A model generated the notes under the pieces. It did not search any database. It was not told the DNA's origin and saw nothing but the letters and a program-made list of their open reading frames with translations. Both the position numbers and the translations under genes were made by a program. Shown here in pieces: positions 38,239 to 47,172 of a stretch of DNA of 64,000 bases. Position 1 is the stretch's first letter, and the number at the start of each line of letters is the position of its first letter. The stretch is taken from sequence record PQ015378.1; one strand, written 5' to 3'.

Positions 38239-39665
38239 TGCCAATCGTAAAGCCTATTAAAGGGAACGATGAGCCGTGCTACGATCCGGGGCAGAAGCCT
38301 GTTCCGGAATCAGCTGTACGCATCGAGAACGAAGTATTCCGTGGTATCACCATCGACATGGAATACGCCCCACCTTCCCACTTGAACCTGTGGACTTCGG
38401 GTTCTAACTGGATCGTTGATTACTGGTCTCAGATCCTACGGCCAGATCAGGAACCAACCCCACAGAACGTGAACCGTGAACCACACGAGCAACAGTATCG
38501 TTGGTTACACCGGATTCCACTGAAGGTTAACCAAACCCTGACGAACGACTCCGACGATCAGATCAACGTATGGACACGTACGGGTGCCGGTCACACCTAC
38601 GGTTTCATGACACCTAACCAGGGTGACATGTTTGCGGCAGGTATCGGTAATGGCCGTACTGGTTTGTTCACCATCACTTCTGCCAAGCGTGTAACGATTC
38701 AGAAAGGTTCGACATACGCCATTGAATGGAAGCAAGTCGGTGAGCTGACTGAAGAACGCTTTGCTGACCTAAAGCGGAAGTCAGAAGAACAGTACTGGTT
38801 CTCTGCAGCCAGCGCTAACGCCGGTTGTGGCCCATTCCTCACCAATGAACAGAACCAACAGAAGGAAGTCTACAAGAAACTTCTGAAGACTCTGGTCGAT
38901 CGTTACATCACTGACTTCTTCTCACCAGAGCATTCCACGTTCCTGGTACCGGACCAACTGTACAAGTCGTACGACCACTGGTGCACCAAGGTGTTCACCC
39001 AGATGATCGATACCGGTACTGACGGTCGGATGCGGAAGGTCAAGCTGTTGAACGTGATGTCTGAACCGGTAATGAAGCAACCTACAATCTGGGATGCTAT
39101 CCTCCGTCATGACATGCACAAAATCATGGACTCCACTGAACGAGCTCACCTTGTTAATACCAAGATCTCTCGTTGGCGTCCAGAGCTACAAGCTATCGGT
39201 TACTCGGGTATCCCTCGGTTCGTGTTCCCTATGGAAGCACCGACTGACGTAGACTCGCAGTACGATGGTGAAGACCGTGCTCGCCCATGGGGTATCCCAT
39301 TCCATGAAGGGCGTCCACGCCGTCCTGAGCCTGGTCCTTATCGTTCTCAGATGGAACGAGATCTACCGTGGTTCAAGCGTGTTCATCCTGAGGATGAAAA
39401 GAACTACATCGGTCAGGAGTACCGTATCCCTGCAGATATCCATCCTGTGGTACGAGACAACTTCTACGTCTTTACTGAATCGTTCTATCGTTGCGACACA
39501 CACCTACAGTCTAAGCTGGAGATGTGCACCACAGCGATGATCAAAGGCGAAGAGATCGACAAGAAGCAATTCGACGCACTCATCGAAAACATCCATTACT
39601 GGGATAACCTGGAACGGTACTACTACCACCCAGTTGTGATTGCGTTGCTCAAAAACTTAATATAG
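38238..39665 (+). CDS. Virion structural protein (gp99-like), possibly neck/head completion
   Basis: 475 aa; TPNQGDMF motif reminiscent of head-tail adaptor proteins; synteny. Confidence 0.65.
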   Translation: MPIVKPIKGNDEPCYDPGQKPVPESAVRIENEVFRGITIDMEYAPPSHLNLWTSGSNWIVDYWSQILRPDQEPTPQNVNREPHEQQYRWLHRIPLKVNQTLTNDSDDQINVWTRTGAGHTYGFMTPNQGDMFAAGIGNGRTGLFTITSAKRVTIQKGSTYAIEWKQVGELTEERFADLKRKSEEQYWFSAASANAGCGPFLTNEQNQQKEVYKKLLKTLVDRYITDFFSPEHSTFLVPDQLYKSYDHWCTKVFTQMIDTGTDGRMRKVKLLNVMSEPVMKQPTIWDAILRHDMHKIMDSTERAHLVNTKISRWRPELQAIGYSGIPRFVFPMEAPTDVDSQYDGEDRARPWGIPFHEGRPRRPEPGPYRSQMERDLPWFKRVHPEDEKNYIGQEYRIPADIHPVVRDNFYVFTESFYRCDTHLQSKLEMCTTAMIKGEEIDKKQFDALIENIHYWDNLERYYYHPVVIALLKNLI

Positions 39666-39672
39666 GTGTGCC

Positions 39673-40251
39673 ATGCAAGCCAAAGAACTGATTACCCGGA
39701 ACTCCGCCGCTTGGCGGATCTGGAATCTGCGCTTCCACGTACAGATTCCTACTCTTGCCCAGTACTCTGCTGAGTACCTGCGTAAGAACCCGATCAACGT
39801 GTCGGGTGACCGTAAGCTGGATAAGTTGCGGTTGAACCAACTCGTGGACGTGAAACAGACCTGCGCAGGTTTGGCAATGATCGTTAACGAAGGTTACACA
39901 TTCTCCATCCTGAATCGTTGGGACTGTGTGCAGATGTATGCCGATATCCAAGAGCACTTCCGCAATTGGTTGGATATGACCTACGGCGGTTATCCACCAG
40001 ATGCATTCCCACCGATCGACGATCTCCGTCTGCTGGAAACTATTGCCCTGGAGATGCATGCCGAAGCACAGCGTCTGGATCCTAAGGATCGTGAAGTGGC
40101 TTCTCGTATCTTCGATGGTATCGAACGACTCAACCGCCGTCGTAACTTGATTGGGGCAGAGAAGGCTGCACGTAACCGGATGATGCAGGGCAATCAGATC
40201 AAGGCTTACAACTCTATCGTTAACCAGATCGAAGAATATGTGATGGGGTGA
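39673..40251 (+). CDS. Conserved phiKZ-like protein (gp100-like)
   Basis: 192 aa; synteny. Confidence 0.65.
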   Translation: MQAKELITRNSAAWRIWNLRFHVQIPTLAQYSAEYLRKNPINVSGDRKLDKLRLNQLVDVKQTCAGLAMIVNEGYTFSILNRWDCVQMYADIQEHFRNWLDMTYGGYPPDAFPPIDDLRLLETIALEMHAEAQRLDPKDREVASRIFDGIERLNRRRNLIGAEKAARNRMMQGNQIKAYNSIVNQIEEYVMG

Positions 40252-40254
40252 TAG

Positions 40255-41652
40255 ATGGCCGTCGATAATACGTTACTCATGCGGGAAGCGGATGATATCC
40301 GTGACAATGGCCTAGCCAACTCTGGTTGGGTCACTGAAGCCCAGATCATCGTAAACGAGACGCAGTGGATCAAACCATTCAAGATCGAGTACGAACACCT
40401 GAGTCGGAACTACGCTGACCGCAAGCAGTTCTCTGATCGCCGTATGTTGCAGTTCACTATGAACTACGGTGATTTCCAACACGACCTCGTGGCTAACCGT
40501 GACAAGCTCCAAGTAGAGCTAGTGCATCGGCCATTGAAGTACAACTCCACGGAACCAGATCCATCCCGTAAGGCTGTGGTTAAACGGTACCGTGCGATCT
40601 TGATGTCGCAGTTCAACAACGCACTGACCAACAAAGACGCCCAAGCTAGTTCTCGGGAATCTCTGAACCAACTCGGTATGTTATCTGCCGCTGTACAGCT
40701 CATCGGGGAAACGGAATACCGAATCTCGATGATGTCGTACGGTAACACGTTTCGCCAATGTACTACGATGATGGCCATCCAGGAAGTACTGGCATCGACG
40801 ATGGGTGATGCTTCTACTCAAGACGCCAAGCGTGTCCTGGGTATCGAATACAGTGATGGGTACAACACGGAGATCCGTAAGGCGATTGACTTGCCGGACG
40901 GTATCTTGTTGCGTGACGTACCTCATTACTTACAGGACGAGGAAGGTGGGGTGTATCCGACTGGCTTTGGAGTTTATCTCCAGGATCAGTATTGGTACAT
41001 CTATTCTCTTTACGATGCCACCAAGTATCGGAAGAACACCAAGGTCCTGAAAGTCATCAACGTTCCAAACGATCGTTATCAAGGTGCAGAGCGAACTTAC
41101 AAGATCGATGAGCAGCACGTTACAGTGATCGCTACAGGCGACGCTAGCGCGCTTGACAGCGGTTTGGTGGATAACTTGAACCAAGGTAACGCCTTACGCT
41201 TTGGCGACGCAGCAAAGCTCCTTACGGACTTTGGTAAGGCTAAGGACAACCGGACGTTGATCGACCGGGCTACTAACCTTTTCGAAGTGTCTACTGGTTT
41301 GCTGGAGACTGGTTACAACAACGTGCGCTGGGCGTACGACCGTGCAACCTCTAACCCATTCAAGCATTACTCGAACATGGCCAGACGGCGTGGCCAGTTT
41401 GTAAAGATGCAGTGGTATCACGGTGATGCTGATCTTCTCACCCCTGGAATGCCAGTCAAGTTCATGACGGTAAACGACAACGCTGTGGAAACTTACAACG
41501 GTGTCTTATTAGGTGTAGACGAACAGCGTGGACAACCTGACTCGAACGTAGAAATTACGTCGCACGTCGGTATTGTTACGTTGGCCCTCTTCATCAACCG
41601 ACAGGAAGGCGACCCGTCCATTGTGGATCCGAACGCACCTGCAACAGCTTAA
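40255..41652 (+). CDS. Virion protein (gp101-like), probable baseplate hub
   Basis: 465 aa; DLLTPGMPVKF C-terminal pattern typical of gp27/GPD-type hubs; synteny. Confidence 0.6.
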   Translation: MAVDNTLLMREADDIRDNGLANSGWVTEAQIIVNETQWIKPFKIEYEHLSRNYADRKQFSDRRMLQFTMNYGDFQHDLVANRDKLQVELVHRPLKYNSTEPDPSRKAVVKRYRAILMSQFNNALTNKDAQASSRESLNQLGMLSAAVQLIGETEYRISMMSYGNTFRQCTTMMAIQEVLASTMGDASTQDAKRVLGIEYSDGYNTEIRKAIDLPDGILLRDVPHYLQDEEGGVYPTGFGVYLQDQYWYIYSLYDATKYRKNTKVLKVINVPNDRYQGAERTYKIDEQHVTVIATGDASALDSGLVDNLNQGNALRFGDAAKLLTDFGKAKDNRTLIDRATNLFEVSTGLLETGYNNVRWAYDRATSNPFKHYSNMARRRGQFVKMQWYHGDADLLTPGMPVKFMTVNDNAVETYNGVLLGVDEQRGQPDSNVEITSHVGIVTLALFINRQEGDPSIVDPNAPATA

Positions 41653-41654
41653 GG

Positions 41655-41684
41655 CATAGACCCTCCCGTTGGGGAGGGCTTATG
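41655..41684 (+). terminator. CATA-hairpin-TTATG element
   Basis: CCCTCCC-GTTG-GGGAGGG stem. Confidence 0.7.
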
Positions 41685-42067
41685 TTGGGATGACTATGAA
41701 CCAGGTCAATCATTTCGTACGTGTGGACATTGTTTGGTCATTTAACATGATCGGTGGCATGAAGGGAGTCGACGATGTCGATATGCGTGTCTTAAACGAC
41801 GTATACTCCAAGGCTGGAGCTTTTCTCGTAGCACGGCACTCATTCCACATGTCCGGCAATAACATCCAATACAACGGCTTCCTGCACGCATTGCGTGAAC
41901 ACTTCGATTCGTACAACATGGGGTCGAGCTACTTCATCAATTTCTACGAGGCGTTGTTCCGTTCTATTTCACCAGCCTTAGCCCAGATCACCACACCCAT
42001 TACTGGTTGCTACCCCATGACGAATGCCACAGGGGACATCGAAGGGTTTGTATTTGTGGCACAATAG
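41669..42067 (+). CDS. Hypothetical protein; start probably a few codons later
   Basis: ORF between the terminator and the next early promoter. Confidence 0.55.
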   Translation: MGRAYVGMTMNQVNHFVRVDIVWSFNMIGGMKGVDDVDMRVLNDVYSKAGAFLVARHSFHMSGNNIQYNGFLHALREHFDSYNMGSSYFINFYEALFRSISPALAQITTPITGCYPMTNATGDIEGFVFVAQ

Positions 42068-42091
42068 TTGTATTCTAACATTTTAAAGCCC

Positions 42092-42109
42092 TATATAACA
42101 ATCGTGAAT
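42092..42109 (+). promoter_or_regulatory. Early promoter variant TATATAACAATCGTGAAT
   Basis: One mismatch to the repeated motif, preceded by TTTTAAA. Confidence 0.7.
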
Positions 42110-42132
42110 CTACACATCAAAAGGACTTCAAA

Positions 42133-42297
42133 ATGCACGAACAACTGAACGAAGAAACCAACACCCGCTATCGTGATATGGCTGAAGGTAAAACCCCTCA
42201 GCCACAACACACCGACATTCTCTGGATTACCCCCAAGCGACTGGCATGCCTCTTCGGAGTCATGCTGGTCGTAACCCTTATGTTTAATGGAGTCTGA
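42133..42297 (+). CDS. Small protein with C-terminal TM helix
   Basis: AAGGA SD; 54 aa translated by hand. Confidence 0.55.
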   Translation: MHEQLNEETNTRYRDMAEGKTPQPQHTDILWITPKRLACLFGVMLVVTLMFNGV

Positions 42298-42300
42298 ATC

Positions 42301-42657
42301 ATGAATGCTGTTATTCTCATCGTACTGATCATCATCGTCCTGCTGGTTGTAGAGCAAGCCTGCAAAACCCCAGAGCAGAAAGAAGACGATCGGATTGCTT
42401 GGGCTGTGGAAGCTTTGACCAATCAGATCTATGATGATTACCCAGCCATGGATTACATGGATCCAGAACACCCGAAGAAACCGGATGCCCGCGAAGTATT
42501 CATCCCCGCGAAACACTACGCGCAGTATGCCTATCACTTCTACGCTCAGTCCTACATCACGTTGTCTCCAGCAAATGCCGAACTGACCAAACAAGGCTAC
42601 AGCCATATGCTGGAACGCTCTGGGGTAATCGTTCCCTGCAGTATCACCGATATTTAA
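42301..42657 (+). CDS. N-terminally anchored membrane protein (paralogue of 42719)
   Basis: Hydrophobic N-terminus; QGYSHML motif. Confidence 0.7.
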   Translation: MNAVILIVLIIIVLLVVEQACKTPEQKEDDRIAWAVEALTNQIYDDYPAMDYMDPEHPKKPDAREVFIPAKHYAQYAYHFYAQSYITLSPANAELTKQGYSHMLERSGVIVPCSITDI

Positions 42658-42671
42658 AACGATTTAAACGC

Positions 42672-42689
42672 TATATTACAACTGTGAAT
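42672..42689 (+). promoter_or_regulatory. Early promoter TATATTACAACTGTGAAT
   Basis: Repeated motif preceded by TTTAAA. Confidence 0.8.
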
Positions 42690-42718
42690 AAACACACTTA
42701 ATCTAAAGGAATATACCC

Positions 42719-43099
42719 ATGAATACCATTCTGATCATCATCGCTCTGGTTGTTACTGCTGCTCTGGTAAACGCTGCAATCAAATACGTCCGCAACCTGC
42801 GTGCTTCGTATCGCCTGGAACAAGACGCTCATCAGATCCTGACCCGCATCATCCAGTTCCACCCAGAGTTCTTCAAGATCAATGAAGAACCTTTCATCTC
42901 GACCACAATGCTAATCGAGTTGGAGTTCTACAAGCTCCCAGCCTACCGCCATGCATTCGCCCGCATGAACGTAGCCCTGGAAGAAGCTGATCGCCGTATG
43001 CAAGAAGACGGCTTCAGCCATGTCCTGAACTACTGTGGTAATCAGGTTGGCGTGAAGAACTTCGTTGATATCACCCACACCGCAATCCGCACTGCTTGA
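42719..43099 (+). CDS. N-terminally anchored membrane protein (paralogue of 42301)
   Basis: Hydrophobic N-terminus; DGFSHVL motif. Confidence 0.7.
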   Translation: MNTILIIIALVVTAALVNAAIKYVRNLRASYRLEQDAHQILTRIIQFHPEFFKINEEPFISTTMLIELEFYKLPAYRHAFARMNVALEEADRRMQEDGFSHVLNYCGNQVGVKNFVDITHTAIRTA

Positions 43100-43118
43100 T
43101 TTAAAACATTTAAAAGGC

Positions 43119-43136
43119 TATATTACAATCGTGAAT
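43119..43136 (+). promoter_or_regulatory. Early promoter TATATTACAATCGTGAAT
   Basis: Identical to the 1219 copy. Confidence 0.8.
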
Positions 43137-43164
43137 ATAGCCATCTAATCTAAGGAGTTTCACC

Positions 43165-43353
43165 ATGATCCGTTCTATCCTGAAAGCTTCCGTCTGCGGC
43201 CTGATCACCTATGCCCACACTCGTGCCATCGTTGACGAAGTAAACAAGCCGAAAGAAAAGCGCAACAAAGTACAAATCGCAGTTTCCTCTGTTGTCGCCA
43301 CTGTCGGTGTTCTGGCAGTTGTTGGTCACGTTGCATCCGCTCTGGAAAAGTAA
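43165..43353 (+). CDS. Small helical-hairpin hydrophobic peptide
   Basis: AAGGAG SD; two apolar helices with a basic linker. Confidence 0.7.
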   Translation: MIRSILKASVCGLITYAHTRAIVDEVNKPKEKRNKVQIAVSSVVATVGVLAVVGHVASALEK

Positions 43354-43364
43354 GGAGAACAATC

Positions 43365-43559
43365 ATGCTGAAGGCAATCGCTAAACTCGCAATCGGTGGT
43401 GCTCTGATGGAAGTCGGTAAGCACATCGATCGTCGCGACACCAAAGTTCGTGTCAACGGTAAAGAAGTAAGCACTGGTACCAAGACCTTCCTGGCAGTCG
43501 CTACCTTCGCTGCTGGCGTCATGACCGTGGTCAGCGGCGCAAACGACATCTTCAACTAA
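43365..43559 (+). CDS. Small helical-hairpin hydrophobic peptide
   Basis: AAGGAG SD; same architecture. Confidence 0.7.
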   Translation: MLKAIAKLAIGGALMEVGKHIDRRDTKVRVNGKEVSTGTKTFLAVATFAAGVMTVVSGANDIFN

Positions 43560-43645
43560 GGCCGAAATCGGCCGGGGTTCTCCAGAGCAATCTGGAGGAC
43601 TCAGTGAACAAAACCAAACTACGTTTTCTTTTTAGGAGTTTCACC

Positions 43646-43846
43646 ATGAACGCACGTCTCGCTATCAACACCCTGTGCCTGGCTATCAACTCGTACGGCG
43701 CTTACAAATCCAACCAGCGCCTGAAGAACACCAAGTGCGAGAAGAAGCAGAAAGAACTCAAGCTGATGCGTGGCATGGGTATCGCTGGCATCGCCTTCTC
43801 CGCTGTCGCCATCGCTTGCCAGCTCGCCGAATCCAAAGCCGAATAA
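43646..43846 (+). CDS. Small helical-hairpin hydrophobic peptide
   Basis: AGGAG SD before MNARLAINT; same architecture. Confidence 0.7.
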   Translation: MNARLAINTLCLAINSYGAYKSNQRLKNTKCEKKQKELKLMRGMGIAGIAFSAVAIACQLAESKAE

Positions 43847-43875
43847 CCTTCCCCCAATTCTCAGGAGTAACAAAC

Positions 43876-44040
43876 ATGAACGCATTCCAAGCCCTCTTCT
43901 CTAAAGACGCCGACACCAAAAACGTTGATCGCGTAACCAGCCAAGTCAAGCTGATGAACGCTCTGGGTCAGACCATCGCAGTGGTTGCGACCATCGGTCT
44001 GGCAGCCTACAAGCTGTCCAAGGAAATGAAAAAGGATTGA
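43876..44040 (+). CDS. Small peptide with C-terminal apolar helix
   Basis: AGGAG SD before MNAFQALF. Confidence 0.65.
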   Translation: MNAFQALFSKDADTKNVDRVTSQVKLMNALGQTIAVVATIGLAAYKLSKEMKKD

Positions 44041-44103
44041 TACCAATCCTGTGAGTGGGGTTCCTCAGGAGCCCCGACCACACATTTCATGGGAGCCGGT
44101 TCA

Positions 44104-44580
44104 ATGGCTGAATTCATTATCGGTAAAGATATCTTCAAGGAACCTGGAGATCTTTACATCATCACCGTAAACACTGTAGGTGTAATGGGTGCTGGCTTGG
44201 CGAAATCATTCGCTGAGATGCACCCTGACCTATTCCTCAAATACAAACACGATTGCAAGATGAAATCCATCACAATCGGACACCCCGCTATCTACGAAGG
44301 CACTGACGGCAAGAAGTACATGATGTTCCCCACCAAAGAAAACTGGCGGAACGGTTCATTGTACGAATACATTGCTGCAGGCCTGGAGTGGATGATCGCA
44401 AACGTCGGCGAAGAAGAAGGTGAGATCGATCCCAAATGGAAGATCGTGTTCCCTCCGCTCGGTTGTGCAAACGGTGGCCTGGACTTCGACATCGTCTCCG
44501 AGATGATTGAAGAAGCTTCCCAGAAAATTCCGAATAAGACAGTCGTGATCATGCCTCCCTGGATGGTAACTCAAAAGTGA
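44104..44580 (+). CDS. Macrodomain protein (DarG/TARG1-like ADP-ribose hydrolase)
   Basis: VNTVGVMGAGLA, FPTKENWR and PPLGCANGGLDF motifs. Confidence 0.85.
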   Translation: MAEFIIGKDIFKEPGDLYIITVNTVGVMGAGLAKSFAEMHPDLFLKYKHDCKMKSITIGHPAIYEGTDGKKYMMFPTKENWRNGSLYEYIAAGLEWMIANVGEEEGEIDPKWKIVFPPLGCANGGLDFDIVSEMIEEASQKIPNKTVVIMPPWMVTQK

Positions 44581-44585
44581 CACCA

Positions 44586-44617
44586 CATAAGTGCTCTCCT
44601 GCGGGAGAGCCTTTATG
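44586..44617 (+). terminator. CATAA-hairpin-TTTATG element
   Basis: GCTCTCC-TGCG-GGAGAGC stem. Confidence 0.7.
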
Positions 44618-44646
44618 CCGTCTCACTAAACTAAAAGGAAATTTCC

Positions 44647-44805
44647 ATGCGTGAAGTACTCAAGAACAAACACGGTAAGCCGCAACCACAACCTCGTCGT
44701 GTGGCTACCCAAACCGAATGGCGTGAAGCTACTCGGATCGATCCAATCGAGCTGTTCCAATACCACAACGTAGCTCGCCTTAACCAAACCGCTGAACAGG
44801 AGTAA
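44647..44805 (+). CDS. Small hypothetical protein
   Basis: AAGGA SD; 52 aa translated by hand. Confidence 0.55.
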   Translation: MREVLKNKHGKPQPQPRRVATQTEWREATRIDPIELFQYHNVARLNQTAEQE

Positions 44806-44810
44806 TACCC

Positions 44811-45092
44811 ATGAACAAACTGATCGTCGCAGCTCTGTGTGCAGCGGGCGCTGGTATCAACGTAACACTGACATCCCGCAACCGTCGTAACGATGCCCTG
44901 CGTGCAATCGACTCCCACATCGAAGCAGCTGTTTCACAATGGAACCCTAAGGGTAATATCAACAAGCGTAACTGGCTGGAAGGGCAACTCGCCTGGTTCA
45001 TCTGGCATCACAACCAACACATTGCATTACCTTCCCATAAGAAGGAATTCAATGACGCTGTATTCAACGCAATCAAACTCGCCTGCAAATAA
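44811..45092 (+). CDS. Small protein with apolar N-terminal helix
   Basis: GGAG SD; MNKLIVAALCAAGAG start. Confidence 0.65.
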   Translation: MNKLIVAALCAAGAGINVTLTSRNRRNDALRAIDSHIEAAVSQWNPKGNINKRNWLEGQLAWFIWHHNQHIALPSHKKEFNDAVFNAIKLACK

Positions 45093-45103
45093 GGAACTCT
45101 GTC

Positions 45104-45271
45104 ATGTCCGCAACCAAAATCGTAGTAGCCGCTGTTGGTACCGTCGCTGTCGCTGTAGTTGGCAAGTACCTGTGGGATCGTTACAACAAACAAGCCACTG
45201 CTCCAGAGCAGCCTGCAGTTGAAGCACCAGCCAAACCACTCCTGCTCACCCACGAAGGTAAAAAGGCATGA
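45104..45271 (+). CDS. Small protein with N-terminal TM helix
   Basis: AAGGA SD; MSATKIVVAAVGTVAVAVVGKYLW; ATGA coupling to the next gene. Confidence 0.6.
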   Translation: MSATKIVVAAVGTVAVAVVGKYLWDRYNKQATAPEQPAVEAPAKPLLLTHEGKKA

Positions 45272-45516
45272 AAAAGATCATCCTCACTCTGGGCCTGATT
45301 GTACTGACTGGTTGCTCTGATGGTCCTGCCACCCTCAAGGCTGTGGAAGGCGCTGGTTATAAAGATGTTCAGATCACTGGCTGGGCACCTTTCAGCTGTT
45401 CGGAAGACGATCGTGTTCGCACTGGCTTCAAAGCAACCGATCAGCGCGGCAACCGGATCAGCGGTACCTACTGCTCCGGCCTGATCTTCAAGGGTGGTAC
45501 TATCCGCCTCGACTAA
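45268..45516 (+). CDS. Small lipoprotein
   Basis: Signal peptide with lipobox LTGC; two further Cys residues. Confidence 0.75.
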   Translation: MKKIILTLGLIVLTGCSDGPATLKAVEGAGYKDVQITGWAPFSCSEDDRVRTGFKATDQRGNRISGTYCSGLIFKGGTIRLD

Positions 45517-45518
45517 GC

Positions 45519-45551
45519 AGCATAAAGCCCAGCCGTTGTGGCTGGGCTTTT
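45519..45551 (+). terminator. Terminator GCATAAAGCCCAGCC/GGCTGGGCTTTT
   Basis: Inverted repeat followed by a T run. Confidence 0.7.
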
Positions 45552-45612
45552 GATAGTCCATCTGTAATGCTCGGTATTACAAATGCACTAACACCAAACT
45601 AAGGAGCTTCAC

Positions 45613-45780
45613 ATGAAAATCAAATTCGGTACTTTCTGGTTCTTCCTGGCTGTCGCAGTAAGCTCGTTCGGTGCACAGCAGATCGAAAACCTGAACGCTG
45701 GTCACCACGCTGAAAAGAAAGAAGTTGTACTCGGTCATCGTATCGGCCCTGCAGGTCAAGAAATGCTGGTGACCAAATGA
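45613..45780 (+). CDS. Small secreted or membrane peptide
   Basis: AAGGAG SD; signal-peptide-like N-terminus; ATGA coupling. Confidence 0.6.
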   Translation: MKIKFGTFWFFLAVAVSSFGAQQIENLNAGHHAEKKEVVLGHRIGPAGQEMLVTK

Positions 45781-46052
45781 ATCTTCTGGTGTTAATTGCT
45801 CCATTTGTGATGGCCTTCGTTGTCACGTTCTTCGAAGCATTCATCAAATCGTTTCAATCCAGAAACATTGCACAAGGTCGTGAATGGGTATCCGCTGGTA
45901 CATCCGTACTGGTGACGGCCACGATCTTCGCAACCTTCGGATTGTTCCTGCACTCAGGTTGGATTGTTTTCATCCCATCGGCTCTCGGTGGTGCAGTTGG
46001 AACCTTCTCATCTATCCGTACACACAAACATCTCTTTCAAACCAAGCACTAA
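45777..46052 (+). CDS. Small multi-TM membrane protein
   Basis: Three hydrophobic segments; KSFQSRNI and ALGGAVG patterns. Confidence 0.7.
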   Translation: MNLLVLIAPFVMAFVVTFFEAFIKSFQSRNIAQGREWVSAGTSVLVTATIFATFGLFLHSGWIVFIPSALGGAVGTFSSIRTHKHLFQTKH

Positions 46053-46062
46053 GGAATAAATC

Positions 46063-46269
46063 ATGATCAAGCCAATCCTCGCAAACGCCGCTCTCGTTGG
46101 TCTGAACCTCTACCTGGCCAAGCGCTCTGACAAGAAAGCAAAAGAAAAGCAAGGCACCTTCGATGGTGAAATCTACGGCATCTCCCGCAACGCTCACTAC
46201 GTTGCTGCTGGCATGGGTATCGCTGGTGTCATCTTCGGCCTGGTCTCCAGCGCCGTAGAAGAAGAATAA
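46063..46269 (+). CDS. Small helical-hairpin hydrophobic peptide
   Basis: AAGGA SD; two apolar helices with a basic linker. Confidence 0.7.
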   Translation: MIKPILANAALVGLNLYLAKRSDKKAKEKQGTFDGEIYGISRNAHYVAAGMGIAGVIFGLVSSAVEEE

Positions 46270-46290
46270 CATTCCAATCGTTTTAAACGC

Positions 46291-46308
46291 TATATTACAA
46301 CTGTGAAT
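46291..46308 (+). promoter_or_regulatory. Early promoter TATATTACAACTGTGAAT
   Basis: Identical to the 42672 copy, preceded by TTTTAAACGC. Confidence 0.8.
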
Positions 46309-46325
46309 TCAATAGGAGTTTCATC

Positions 46326-46442
46326 ATGGGTACTCTCGGTAAACTGTTCGTAGCTGCAATCATCCTGGGCGTTGTTCAATCGGTAGTGGAAACTGCTTCC
46401 GATGCCGCTCGTCCAAAAATCGTCAAGAAAGACACCAAGTAA
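46326..46442 (+). CDS. 38-aa hydrophobic peptide
   Basis: AGGAG SD directly downstream of an early promoter. Confidence 0.6.
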   Translation: MGTLGKLFVAAIILGVVQSVVETASDAARPKIVKKDTK

Positions 46443-46469
46443 TCCATCCTCAAACAAGGAGTAATAGTC

Positions 46470-46601
46470 ATGATCGAAGCAATCAAAGAAATGGGCCCAA
46501 TCGGCAAAATCGTTCTTGGCCTGATGGTCGTAGGTACCGTCAAGTCCTGTGCCCGTCACATCCAAGAAACTGCTCGTCTGCGTAAGGAACAAAAGAAATG
46601 A
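46470..46601 (+). CDS. 43-aa hydrophobic peptide
   Basis: AAGGAG SD; ATGA coupling. Confidence 0.6.
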   Translation: MIEAIKEMGPIGKIVLGLMVVGTVKSCARHIQETARLRKEQKK

Positions 46602-46885
46602 TCGAAGTCAACCAAGATCTTCAACCTCTCGTCGGTGACAACAAGATCGACGACAAGATCGTTTACTCGGCTCGCAACATGGAGCTGGTGAAAGCTCGGG
46701 ATCTCTGGCCCAAGCGGCTGGACATTCCTGAGGACGCAACTGTCCTGCGTGGCGAAAGCTTCGTACACGATGGTTGGCATCCGATCCGTACATCGCTGGT
46801 TCAATCGATCGACCTGGAAACTGGGTTGGTCCACACTCGTAACTCCGTCTACAAACTCACCGACGGAATCCTGCAAGGAGTTTAA
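46598..46885 (+). CDS. Hypothetical protein
   Basis: RTSLVQSID...VHTRNSVYKL pattern common in small phage proteins. Confidence 0.65.
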   Translation: MIEVNQDLQPLVGDNKIDDKIVYSARNMELVKARDLWPKRLDIPEDATVLRGESFVHDGWHPIRTSLVQSIDLETGLVHTRNSVYKLTDGILQGV

Positions 46886-46887
46886 AC

Positions 46888-47172
46888 ATGGGTCTGCTCA
46901 GCACTCTCGTTAAAGTTGGTCTGGTTGCTGCTGGTACCATCGTGGTCCAACGCATCATCGACCGCACCAGCGTCACCGGCATCTACACAGACCTGGATGC
47001 GCTCACAGAGCGCGTTCGTAACAAGGTTGGACGTGTGGGTACCGTCAAGGCTAACGTTCGCGTAGAGTCGCGAGAGTTGGTCGCAGCGTATGAGAAGAAC
47101 ATCACGTTCGTCTCGGCGCTGGATGAGTTCAGGAAGAATGTCGAGATCTACATCGAATCGATTCCGGACTAA
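46888..47172 (+). CDS. Small protein with apolar N-terminal helix
   Basis: AAGGAG SD. Confidence 0.65.
   Translation: MGLLSTLVKVGLVAAGTIVVQRIIDRTSVTGIYTDLDALTERVRNKVGRVGTVKANVRVESRELVAAYEKNITFVSALDEFRKNVEIYIESIPD

Noticed and set aside
42081-46308. Repeated 18-28 nt motif as a possible CRISPR array
   Set aside because: Spacing is hundreds of nt with intact genes between copies, and the motif matches the phiKZ early promoter. No cas genes.
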